The position numbers and the translations under genes are program-made. Shown here in pieces: positions 20,418 through 28,275 of a DNA stretch of 64,000 nt. Source of the stretch: an uncultured Candidatus Saccharibacteria bacterium (GTDB lineage: Bacteria > Patescibacteriota > Minisyncoccia > Ryanbacterales > GWA2-47-10b); assembly GCA_964356915.1 (NCBI GenBank), contig CAYHJF010000001.1, positions 77,743 through 141,742 of the forward strand. Direction: 5' to 3'. Position 1 is the first letter of the stretch; each line of letters opens with the position of its first letter. The notes beneath the pieces are model-generated. The model was given only the letters and a program-made list of their open reading frames with translations, was not told the DNA's origin and made no database searches.

Positions 20418-20858
20418 ATGCCCACACTGAATAAAAAAGTTCATTTTAACTATGAAGTTCTCGAAACCTTCGAAGCGGGTCTCGAGCTTCTTGGCTTTGA
20501 GGTTAAGTCCGTCACTAAAGGAAATGCGCATTTAGAAGGCGCTCGCGTTCTTATTCGCGGAGATGAGGCATTTGTCGTTGGGCTTTCTATCCCCCCATAC
20601 CAACAAAACAATACTCCAAAAGACTACGAACCGGATCGTACACGGAAATTACTCCTCCATAAAAAAGAAATCACATACTTAACAGGCAAAGCAAGCGAGC
20701 GGGGCTTGACATTAGTGCCAATTAAGTTGTATAATAAGGGCCGACGAATTAAGCTCTCTTTTGGTATCGCTCGCGGCAAAAAACTTTACGACAAACGCGA
20801 AACAATCAAAAAACGCGAGGTTGATCGCAAGATCGAACGAGAACTTAAAAACTCCTAA
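20418..20858 (+). CDS. smpB: SsrA-binding protein SmpB
   Basis: N-terminus KKVHFNYEVLETFEAGLELLGFEVKSV and C-terminal basic tail; 146 aa. Confidence 0.9.
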   Translation: MPTLNKKVHFNYEVLETFEAGLELLGFEVKSVTKGNAHLEGARVLIRGDEAFVVGLSIPPYQQNNTPKDYEPDRTRKLLLHKKEITYLTGKASERGLTLVPIKLYNKGRRIKLSFGIARGKKLYDKRETIKKREVDRKIERELKNS

Positions 20859-20914
20859 CTAGATTTTATACGTGGCTTTCGCAGAAATTCTCTCGATGTA
20901 TCGAGAGAATTTCT

Positions 20915-21269
20915 GGGGACGCTAGGCCTCGACGAGGAATCGTTTTCATTGAAAATCAGGCAAGAGCACGCTCGCTCATCTCTTTCAAAACTGTGTGAGC
21001 ATAATAAGTGCAAACTTATTTAACCGCCAACCGGCGATGGCATTTGCCTAGTCGCGGCGTTCTCTCACTTCGCTAGACGAAGTGAGCATCGGTCCGCAAT
21101 AGTCAGGTGAGCGGAATACCGGTGTTATAATCCCAGACTAGCGTGATGTGATGCTCGGTAGCATCGCGCGAAACTAATCGAGCAACTTCTTAAGATTCGT
21201 CTTGAGTACGCCTGTATAAATTTTTAGTGAGTCCATCTTCGCATGTGGGTTCGATTCCCACCGTCTCCA
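20915..21269 (+). ncRNA. ssrA: tmRNA (SsrA), ~355 nt
   Basis: Lies directly downstream of smpB. The 5' GGGGACG pairs with 3' CGUCUCC to form the acceptor stem. UCGACGAGG near the 5' end is tmRNA-like. The T-arm is GGGUUCGAUUCCCAC. An internal tag ORF begins GCA AAC (21010-21051) and reads ANLFNRQPAMAFA*. Confidence 0.7.
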
Positions 21270-21288
21270 CTGACAACACGACCCGCTT

Positions 21289-21318
21289 TTATGGCGGGTT
21301 TTGTGTTGGCAGTTGTCG
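21289..21318 (+). terminator. intrinsic terminator after tmRNA
   Basis: acccgc-ttttatg-gcgggt hairpin followed by TTTTGTGTT. Confidence 0.55.
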
Positions 21319-21387
21319 AATGAGTTGGGAATCGAACGCATGCCGGGGGCATGCGCGGCTCCGCACTAAGCGAAGCGCAGAAGGAGG

Positions 21388-21404
21388 ATTCCCACCGTCT
21401 CCAC
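21388..21404 (+). repeat. direct repeat of the tmRNA 3' terminal 17 nt (candidate att core)
   Basis: ATTCCCACCGTCTCCAC at 21254-21270 is repeated exactly at 21388-21404; an inverted T-arm fragment (gggaatcgaac) lies between the copies. Confidence 0.6.
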
Positions 21405-21583
21405 AACAAAACAGAATCGCCCTTGTGGCGATTTTTGTATTCTTGCAAAAATATTTAAATAAAGAACCACCCAAGTAGTGACCCCCGCCCCACAGGACGC
21501 CTCGCGACCTTGTGGGGCGATTCTGTTTTTGTATAAAAAACCGCCCTCTCACAAGAGAACGCGGCATGTAACTATTAAATTTT

Positions 21584-22315
21584 CTAAAACGAATACGTGA
21601 GACTTCCGCCAAATGTATACCACGTCTTTCGCTCATCGTGGACGGTAAGCGGAAAAATAACCTGTAACGTCGGTAAATCAATAAAGACCGATGGAACGAT
21701 CTCCCAATGCAACCAAAAATCGTAATGTCCAAGAAACCCCGAATCAAGGCCTCGATGAGTGCCTGAATCATAGAGCCAACCAAATTTATTGAGTAAAGAA
21801 CATGCGGGAAAGAACTCCCATTGATGCTCTACGCCAAACAAGGCATGAACTCCATTGAGTTCTTCTCCGCCCTGCTCAATCGGAATATGCCCCTCTACAT
21901 TTAGGAAGGGTACAAGACGCTGCGTTCTTGTAAGCGCGAATTCTCTTTTCACTTCTCCATACGGGCGCGCGGCGTCTTCGCCGCCAAAACTATCTTGATC
22001 GGAAAGGTCGAGATATCCGGCACCTACATTAACCCGAAACTCATGCCATTCTTTTCCCCAGCCGATTGAATAGTCGAGCGCAAAACGAGAATGACGCAAT
22101 GACGGCTCCGTACCATTAAGCCCGAGCGACCACCATACATTTGCATAAAACCCCCTTGGAAAATCTAGATGCAAGTTCGATTGCATAACGGGATCGTTAT
22201 ATACAACGATCCCTTCTGCAAGAACATACTTGCTCTTTGCTGACACAGAAAATGTATGAGCTTGGACAGAATGTGTAGCACATACAAGCAACCCTGCGGT
22301 CAACGCCCACTTCAC
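21584..22315 (-). CDS. outer-membrane beta-barrel-like protein (MipA/OmpV-like)
   Basis: Signal peptide (cleavage VQA|HT); aromatic-rich alternating pattern; C-terminal ...SLTYSF with terminal Phe, as in OMP beta-barrel signatures. Confidence 0.5.
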   Translation of the reverse strand: MKWALTAGLLVCATHSVQAHTFSVSAKSKYVLAEGIVVYNDPVMQSNLHLDFPRGFYANVWWSLGLNGTEPSLRHSRFALDYSIGWGKEWHEFRVNVGAGYLDLSDQDSFGGEDAARPYGEVKREFALTRTQRLVPFLNVEGHIPIEQGGEELNGVHALFGVEHQWEFFPACSLLNKFGWLYDSGTHRGLDSGFLGHYDFWLHWEIVPSVFIDLPTLQVIFPLTVHDERKTWYTFGGSLTYSF

Positions 22316-22412
22316 TCCATGTACCTCGCAATCGTTTTTTGAAGAACCATGTCGAACAACATACTACTTAAAAAAATAAACTGTGTCAAAAATACAGAAT
22401 CAAATATCGTAA

Positions 22413-23144
22413 CTACAAAATAAGATTTGCCTTCTTAAATTCTTCACGCACAAACGAATACCAGTTTTCATATCCTTTGTCACTCGGGTGAAATATATCA
22501 GCCGCATAATATACATACGGCTCTTCTTTGTATGGATCACGAGTACGCTGATGCCCACCATAGATATCAACGTAATGCGCGCTCGCATCTTGAGTCGCGG
22601 ATATGAAAATATTTCGAACGCGGCGCGTGCGATATGAAAAAAACCATCGCGTACCAAGCGGCAATAACTTCGATGTTCCCACATCTCCACTTGTGACAAG
22701 AAAAACATTTTTACTTATACCTGATGTAAGCTTCAATACATTTTGAATATCTAAAGAAAGTTGATCAAGATTTGTAAATCGTACAATATCATTCCCCCCG
22801 ATATGAATGACTACGAGATCATAAGATTCGTTTTTTATTTTTTCTAGCACTGTCACGAGCTGGTGCGTTTTCATTCCATTCACTCCCTTGTTTACAATTG
22901 AAGCTTGAGGAAAATCAGTGGCTAACCTCCCTGCCATTGAAAACATACCTTCTGAAGCGCCCGTGCCAACTGCCGTACTATCTCCAATTACTAAAATTCG
23001 AAATGTCGCTTCTGAATTTACGCGCGCATACGGCACCGCACGATGTGCAAGCTCTGTTCCAATGAGAATAAGTCTGCGTGTATTCAACGCCTGCACAAAA
23101 ATAAAAACTACGAGCACCGCCAAAAGAAAAAACATATATTTCAT
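22413..23144 (-). CDS. SGNH/GDSL family hydrolase (lipase/esterase), secreted or membrane-anchored
   Basis: Block I VIGDSTAVG, block III HIGGNDI, block V DIFHP; N-terminal signal/TM. Confidence 0.7.
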   Translation of the reverse strand: MKYMFFLLAVLVVFIFVQALNTRRLILIGTELAHRAVPYARVNSEATFRILVIGDSTAVGTGASEGMFSMAGRLATDFPQASIVNKGVNGMKTHQLVTVLEKIKNESYDLVVIHIGGNDIVRFTNLDQLSLDIQNVLKLTSGISKNVFLVTSGDVGTSKLLPLGTRWFFSYRTRRVRNIFISATQDASAHYVDIYGGHQRTRDPYKEEPYVYYAADIFHPSDKGYENWYSFVREEFKKANLIL

Positions 23145-23177
23145 AAACCTAAAAAAATAAAGTAAGCGCCCAACCTA

Positions 23178-23861
23178 CTACTGTACAGACAGCGTCGCTA
23201 CTATGCCTGACGCACCCTTAATCACCGCGCCATCAACATCACGCATCTCACTTACACTACATACAAACTCCCCTTTAGTATCAAGTGAGGCATCAAATTC
23301 AACAACGATTTCATTTGCCAATACTGTCCCAAATCGAGGCCCTGAAGTACCCGTCTTAATTTCAAAATCTTTTTTAAACCCGCTCGGACCTGCTATACCC
23401 CCAACGATCGTTGCCGACCCCTCCAAATGTTCGGCAGTAATTTTACAGTACAGATAACTTTTCGAACTTCCCTGATTTTTAACACCAATCGAACCCGTAA
23501 GAAGAATATCGTTTTGAGTAAAACGATCCATCTGATCCTTAATCTTATCGTAATATGTAACGGGATTGATCTTGAATTTGAAATAATGATTAAGCCCAAA
23601 GAGCACGAGTGGGGCGGCGACCACTGCCACTCCGGTATATTTTAAAATATTACTCGCACCAGAACCTGATGATGAGCCTGACTCACTTTTTACTTTATCG
23701 ATCTCCTGCTTAAGATTTTCTCCTCTCTCCTTTAAATCGCGTACGGTATCAATCTTACTTTTCACCTGTTCCGCTTTTTGAATCCGAAGAAAATTCCTCA
23801 CAAAAAAACCTCCTCGGTCTTTTTTTTCTTCCTCTTGTGATTTTTCGTTTTGCTCATCCAT
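23178..23861 (-). CDS. hypothetical bitopic membrane protein (charged coiled-coil N-terminus, TM, C-terminal globular domain)
   Basis: 227 aa; K/E-rich N-terminus, Ser/Gly linker, TM VAVVAAPLVLFGL. Confidence 0.4.
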   Translation of the reverse strand: MDEQNEKSQEEEKKDRGGFFVRNFLRIQKAEQVKSKIDTVRDLKERGENLKQEIDKVKSESGSSSGSGASNILKYTGVAVVAAPLVLFGLNHYFKFKINPVTYYDKIKDQMDRFTQNDILLTGSIGVKNQGSSKSYLYCKITAEHLEGSATIVGGIAGPSGFKKDFEIKTGTSGPRFGTVLANEIVVEFDASLDTKGEFVCSVSEMRDVDGAVIKGASGIVATLSVQ

Positions 23862-23882
23862 TAGAGTTTTAAAAATTCGATA

Positions 23883-24335
23883 CTAAAAAACTTTTTTACC
23901 TGACTCATTCCAACGCTTGAACAAATACCCCGCAACCGCAAGATACATAATCGCAGTAACAATAAATATCATCTTACTCCCCAGAATCGACATGCCAATA
24001 TTATTACCTGTAAGCCCTGTCAGTCCAAGATTGATTCCTGAAACAACGCTGATCAAAAACGCGATCAAATCGGGCTGATCTTTTTTACCAAATAAAACCT
24101 TATTTCCCGTAACCCATCGATAGAGAAGATATCCGGATACTGCGCCAGAGATAAGCCACGAAAGTGTTAACACCAAGCGCACAAGGCCAAAAAACATTGG
24201 CACTGGTAAAATCGCAAGAAGGACTGGCCTCCCACCAATCAATAGTGCAACCGCTGCGATTACAAGTCGCGCCTCTGACCACAAAAAACTATATCGCTCG
24301 AGCTGATCTGGATGAGAATATTCTTTAATATTCAT
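23883..24335 (-). CDS. hypothetical 4-TM membrane protein
   Basis: 150 aa, four hydrophobic helices. Confidence 0.4.
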   Translation of the reverse strand: MNIKEYSHPDQLERYSFLWSEARLVIAAVALLIGGRPVLLAILPVPMFFGLVRLVLTLSWLISGAVSGYLLYRWVTGNKVLFGKKDQPDLIAFLISVVSGINLGLTGLTGNNIGMSILGSKMIFIVTAIMYLAVAGYLFKRWNESGKKVF

Positions 24336-24437
24336 AAAAAATGACTGCTAGCTAATATATATTTAGAATACCACGGAGAAGAAAACTCAAGTAGTAAAGC
24401 ATGGAATTTTCTTTCATTCATCAGTATACTGAGCCTA

Positions 24438-25532
24438 ATGTTGGACTACGGAAACACGCGTGTCGGAATATTCTTTACAGGCCTCTTTTTTCTTTTTCTG
24501 GGAGGCATTGTTATCTATCGCCCCCAACTCATGGCAACGCCAACACCGCCGAAATCATATATCCCAGCTCCTCCAATCATAGAAACCGCGCCAATCTCAA
24601 AAACTGAGACGCCAAAAACAGAGACACCTCACCCACCTAAATCTCCTGCAACGCACGCTACAGAAACTACATCAACAACAACGGTAGCCACTACATCACC
24701 AACAACAAGCACGTCTACTCCTCTTGTTACAACAGAACTTCCTCAAGTCACTCTGAAGACTCAACCTGAAACCGTAATAACTGGTGGACTTCAATTTTCA
24801 TCACAAGTCTGGCAAGGAGTTATTCGCATCACAGGAAGCGTTGTTTTTTCACCATGGACAACTCTAACTATCAAACCTGGAACAAAAATTATCTTTGAGA
24901 AAAAACCTGATATCGCGGGCACGGACTGGACCGATAATGCAGATGCGTACACCAAAGATCACAACGACCCGACAGGACGAAGCGGATATCGTCTATCGCA
25001 TTACAGCATCACGGGCACGATCACCGCGATCGGCACAAAAGAAGAACCAATCATCTTTACGTCTGCCGAAGAAAAACCTGACTATGCGGATTGGGACCAA
25101 CTCATACTCTTAGAAGGTAGTATTTTAGATCATGTCGAGATCTCGTATGCACACAATGGCATTCTCACATATGGTGACAACGTCACGATAAAGAATAGTA
25201 AAATTCAAAGTTCGCTTTGGAGCTGTATCGATCTTTTCTCAACAGGAAACATTATTGAAAATAATGAAATTTTTCACTGTTGGCACCAGGCAATCGGCAT
25301 TAAAAAACAAGGACAAAATACTATCAAAGATAATCTCATTCATGATGTCTGGCTCGGGATTAATTGTGAAAATGGCGCAAACCCAACCATCACCGGCAAC
25401 GCATTTCGCGCAGCCCCTCAAAATAATACTTGCCAAGTTGGAGGAGATAATACAATCCTTGAAGCACCTCCTGACTCGCTTGGTGGCACATATGGTGGGG
25501 TACTAATATATCCGACACAAAAACAAAACTAA
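24438..25532 (+). CDS. secreted protein with Thr/Pro-rich linker and right-handed parallel beta-helix repeats
   Basis: N-terminal TM/signal; PTPPKSYIPAPP...TTSTTTVATTSPTTSTSTP linker; repeated N-x-I/V-x-N units (NVTIKNSKIQ, NIIENNEIFH, NTIKDNLIHD, NPTITGNAF) typical of PbH1 repeats. Confidence 0.6.
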   Translation: MLDYGNTRVGIFFTGLFFLFLGGIVIYRPQLMATPTPPKSYIPAPPIIETAPISKTETPKTETPHPPKSPATHATETTSTTTVATTSPTTSTSTPLVTTELPQVTLKTQPETVITGGLQFSSQVWQGVIRITGSVVFSPWTTLTIKPGTKIIFEKKPDIAGTDWTDNADAYTKDHNDPTGRSGYRLSHYSITGTITAIGTKEEPIIFTSAEEKPDYADWDQLILLEGSILDHVEISYAHNGILTYGDNVTIKNSKIQSSLWSCIDLFSTGNIIENNEIFHCWHQAIGIKKQGQNTIKDNLIHDVWLGINCENGANPTITGNAFRAAPQNNTCQVGGDNTILEAPPDSLGGTYGGVLIYPTQKQN

Positions 25533-25542
25533 ATAAAAAAGC

Positions 25543-25566
25543 TCTCTCAGAAGAGCTTTTTTATTA
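25543..25566 (+). terminator. intrinsic terminator
   Basis: aaaaagctctctcagaagagctttttt: perfect hairpin plus T-run. Confidence 0.7.
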
Positions 25567-25580
25567 CTACAAACAAGCTA

Positions 25581-25608
25581 TTGACAAAAGTGTGTTTTAG
25601 TGTATAGT
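25581..25608 (+). promoter_or_regulatory. near-consensus sigma70-type promoter
   Basis: TTGACA (25581-25586), 16-nt spacer, TATAGT (25603-25608); GAGGAG SD at 25635-25640, 9 nt before the ATG at 25650. Confidence 0.6.
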
Positions 25609-25649
25609 GGTCGCAACGTTCATTCCCAGAAGAAGAGGAGACTTTACCC

Positions 25650-25913
25650 ATGTCACGTCGCAACAGACACCGCCCCTGCGCTCACGGATGCGGGCACTTG
25701 GTCGCCTCAGGCGACCGCCACGCCACGGGCCACTGCCCGCCCAAGCGTGGTCGCCGTTCGCGCGACAAGCATCACTGGATGGGTGACGGCAGCATCGTCG
25801 GCATGAAGGAGATCGGCGTCGGCGCGGATGTCGGCACGCGTGGCGTTCCGGTCACCGGTGTCGGTGGCGGAAAGGCCAAAAGCCACCGCGTCGCCAAAGC
25901 CAAGACCGCCTGA
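25650..25913 (+). CDS. small basic Cys/His-rich protein encoded in GC-rich foreign DNA
   Basis: 87-aa ORF (MSRRNRHRPCAHGCGHL...HCPP...), ~65% GC versus ~45% host; bounded by a consensus promoter plus SD upstream and hairpins downstream. Confidence 0.4.
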   Translation: MSRRNRHRPCAHGCGHLVASGDRHATGHCPPKRGRRSRDKHHWMGDGSIVGMKEIGVGADVGTRGVPVTGVGGGKAKSHRVAKAKTA

Positions 25914-25994
25914 GACCAACCGCCTCGGGACGGCTTCGCATCGTGCGGAGCCGTCCCACCCCCCACTCTTCATCTTTATAGATATCTTTGTTTG

Positions 25995-26027
25995 AAAACC
26001 TCGTCCCAGACGAGGTCGTTTTTTTAA
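25995..26027 (+). terminator. intrinsic terminator
   Basis: cctcgtc-ccaga-cgaggtcg hairpin followed by TTTTTTT; a second hairpin (gcccct/aggggc) at 26040-26058. Confidence 0.6.
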
Positions 26028-26055
26028 TTATTAAAATAAAAAGCCCCTTTAGGGG

Positions 26056-26653
26056 CTACTTACGAATACGTGTGAGAAATTCGAGCGATTCTAAACGCAT
26101 CCGTTGTTGATATGAAACTGGTAAACCAAGGGCGTGATGCGAGAGTGCTGCAACGGAATATGCTAAAAATTGATGCGGGACGTTACCTTCAACAATCCTA
26201 CGCATATGAGTCTCGCTATCAAGGCCACGATGAAACGTCGTTGAGTATGAGTCTGCAATAATACATCCTATGAACTCAACCCTATCAAAGGGCGTTAGAC
26301 GCTCTGCGCCTCCAAAGCGATCTACAGCATCAAACGCGAGAGCAATGCCTTCGGCAAAACGCTCTCTCTTCGCCTGTCATAAGATCACGCAGTCGCTCAT
26401 CGACCTCTTCATTAAATATGCCAGCCCGTGCAGGATGAATGAGATACCACTCATTTGGCACAAAAGATTCAGCAATCTCAACGGGCCCCGAGAATCGCAA
26501 AAATGCATTTAATGCATACACGATACCTTCAAGATATTGTTGCTGCTCGTTTTGCACTCGAAACTCACGCATCCGAGCATCAACAACAGCATTAAAGCCC
26601 CTTACGCTTTCTGAGAGATTCGCTTCTGATATTTCAGGTGTGGCGAGTAGCAC
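26056..26653 (-). pseudogene. frameshifted gene of unknown function (two frames joinable at a CT-repeat)
   Basis: A 107-aa ORF ends at TGA 26330. A second reading frame, offset by one nucleotide from the first, is open from 26376 down to the stop at 26056 and encodes a protein-like sequence (...AKRERFAEGIALAFDAVDRFGG...LTRIRK*). The frames overlap at gctctctctt (26361-26370). Confidence 0.45.
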
Positions 26654-26790
26654 GTAACCTCCATCAAAGAACGTTTACTATAAAATATACTAACTTATGT
26701 TAAAAGTCAATGATTTATATGCGCCCAACTATCTCCCCCTCCGTGCATCATTCTTTCTAACCTTACTCACTATTCAGCCCCCAAAATGTA

Positions 26791-26819
26791 TTGACTTTTA
26801 GTAAAAATAGTGTTATAAT
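26791..26819 (+). promoter_or_regulatory. consensus sigma70-type promoter
   Basis: TTGACT (26791-26796), 17-nt spacer, TATAAT (26814-26819); AGGAGG SD at 26857-26862, 6 nt before the ATG at 26869. Confidence 0.65.
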
Positions 26820-26868
26820 GAATCCAGAAACGTGGCTACAAAAACGCCACCAAAATAGGAGGACCTTG

Positions 26869-27495
26869 ATGAAGACTTGGATGCTGCTGATGGCGCTCGT
26901 GCTCGTACCCTGCTGGACAAACGCCGACGAAGGCGGCCGCGCCGAACCTACATGGATGGAAGAAGTGCGTGGTGCAACGCCGATGCCGAAGATCTGCAAG
27001 CTCATGCAGGACAGCGACATCGAAGGCGTCGAGCCTCATGTCGCCAAGAAGGTTGCGGAAGGTCTCCTCACAGAGATCCTGCGGGCCGACAAGATCGTCG
27101 ATCGCATCTGCGACATGAGCGGTGGCGAGCAGATCGACTTCGCTGACGGCGAGATCGTCATCGCCGAAATCGGAGAGTGGCTGACTCTCGCCAACCTCCA
27201 GCCGAGCGACATCGGTGTATCAACCGCGGAATTGCGCGAACTGCTCAAGACGAACATCGCTCGCAACATCGCGCGATACCGCGAGCTCCACGCCAAAAGC
27301 GAGTGCACGAACGCCGACTGCTCCACTTTCTACACGGGGATGGCCCAAGGAGCGCTCGATCGCCTGCACTTCACCAAGGAAGACGTCGGACTCACTCAAG
27401 ATGACGTAGTCATCTTCGAGCTGACGACTACCACAACGACAACCGCCATGACGGCCAGCAGCACGACTTCGACTACGCTCGTCTCGTCCAACTGA
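26869..27495 (+). CDS. secreted protein with poly-Thr C-terminal tail, encoded in GC-rich foreign DNA
   Basis: 208 aa from the ATG after the SD; signal peptide MKTWMLLMALVLVPCWTNA|DEGG; C-terminus ELTTTTTTTAMTASSTTSTTLVSSN; ~60% GC; the track ORF 26791.. extends upstream in-frame, but the SD supports 26869. Confidence 0.5.
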   Translation: MKTWMLLMALVLVPCWTNADEGGRAEPTWMEEVRGATPMPKICKLMQDSDIEGVEPHVAKKVAEGLLTEILRADKIVDRICDMSGGEQIDFADGEIVIAEIGEWLTLANLQPSDIGVSTAELRELLKTNIARNIARYRELHAKSECTNADCSTFYTGMAQGALDRLHFTKEDVGLTQDDVVIFELTTTTTTTAMTASSTTSTTLVSSN

Positions 27496-27526
27496 CCACG
27501 ACGACACAACAAGGTTTGAGCAAACC

Positions 27527-27560
27527 TGATCAGCTCCCCTGCAACATTCCGTTGCAGGGA
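27527..27560 (+). terminator. intrinsic terminator
   Basis: cccctgcaac-attcc-gttgcaggg hairpin followed by TTTTTTAT. Confidence 0.65.
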
Positions 27561-27659
27561 TCTTTTTTATAAATATATTCGAAAAAAATAAAAACCGGAG
27601 AATATCCTCCGGCGATCTACGTGATTTCTTATACTGAAATTACGAAGTTACTTTGCAAC

Positions 27660-28220
27660 TCATGCACTGACATCGACAAATCTTCCTCTCGTAGCATCAA
27701 GCGCACGCTCATACAGATGATCTGCAATACCTCCAAGGGCACGTTCAGTTCGTCGATATGAGCCCGTCGGAGCGATTCCTCCATGAGAGATATTGGAATG
27801 TATTTCAAGAATCCTTCGATCTATAGCCCATCCAACAAATGGCAGTCGATCTACGTCAGCACCATAAAGAGAAACGCCCCGATTAGGCAACAACTCTCTC
27901 AAACTTCTAACAGATTGTTCTGAAGTGATAATTTCAATCGATACCCCTCTCGCTACTGCCTGCTCAAAAGCTCTCTTAAGCCTATCTACTTGGTAAAGCA
28001 CGTGATAGCACCCATAGGAACTACATACGATAACGATCGTTCGACGTGATTGCAAAATATCGGCAGAAAGCGCTGAAAGCGCGGCTTGGGGTGTTTCTCG
28101 ATACCCAAAAACCAAACGACTCTCCCATAACACTCGTACGATACCGACACATATACCTAATACACCTATGACCATAAGGAAAATGAGGGTCATTGGAACC
28201 TCCGTGATCAGATATACCAC
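27660..28220 (-). CDS. hypothetical membrane-anchored protein (possibly DUF218/SanA-like)
   Basis: 186 aa; N-terminal TM; weak resemblance to YdcF/SanA-type fold. Confidence 0.35.
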   Translation of the reverse strand: MVYLITEVPMTLIFLMVIGVLGICVGIVRVLWESRLVFGYRETPQAALSALSADILQSRRTIVIVCSSYGCYHVLYQVDRLKRAFEQAVARGVSIEIITSEQSVRSLRELLPNRGVSLYGADVDRLPFVGWAIDRRILEIHSNISHGGIAPTGSYRRTERALGGIADHLYERALDATRGRFVDVSA

Positions 28221-28275
28221 GCAACTTTGAGGCTAGGCAAGCAATCTTGACTAAACACCCATTTCTCTCTACACT

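Noticed and set aside
25600-25973. Minus-strand and alternative-frame ORFs in GC-rich cassette 1 (25707-25973 -, 25772-25966 -, 25600-25806 +)
   Set aside because: High-GC DNA yields long open frames in many phases. Only the 25650 ORF is served by the consensus promoter and SD. The others are probably artefacts, though the true coding frame cannot be proven from sequence alone.
27400-27480. Run of ACN codons (acgactaccacaacgacaaccgcc...) as a possible tandem repeat element
   Set aside because: It is simply the poly-Thr/Ser C-terminal tail of the cassette-2 protein, not a DNA-level repeat element.
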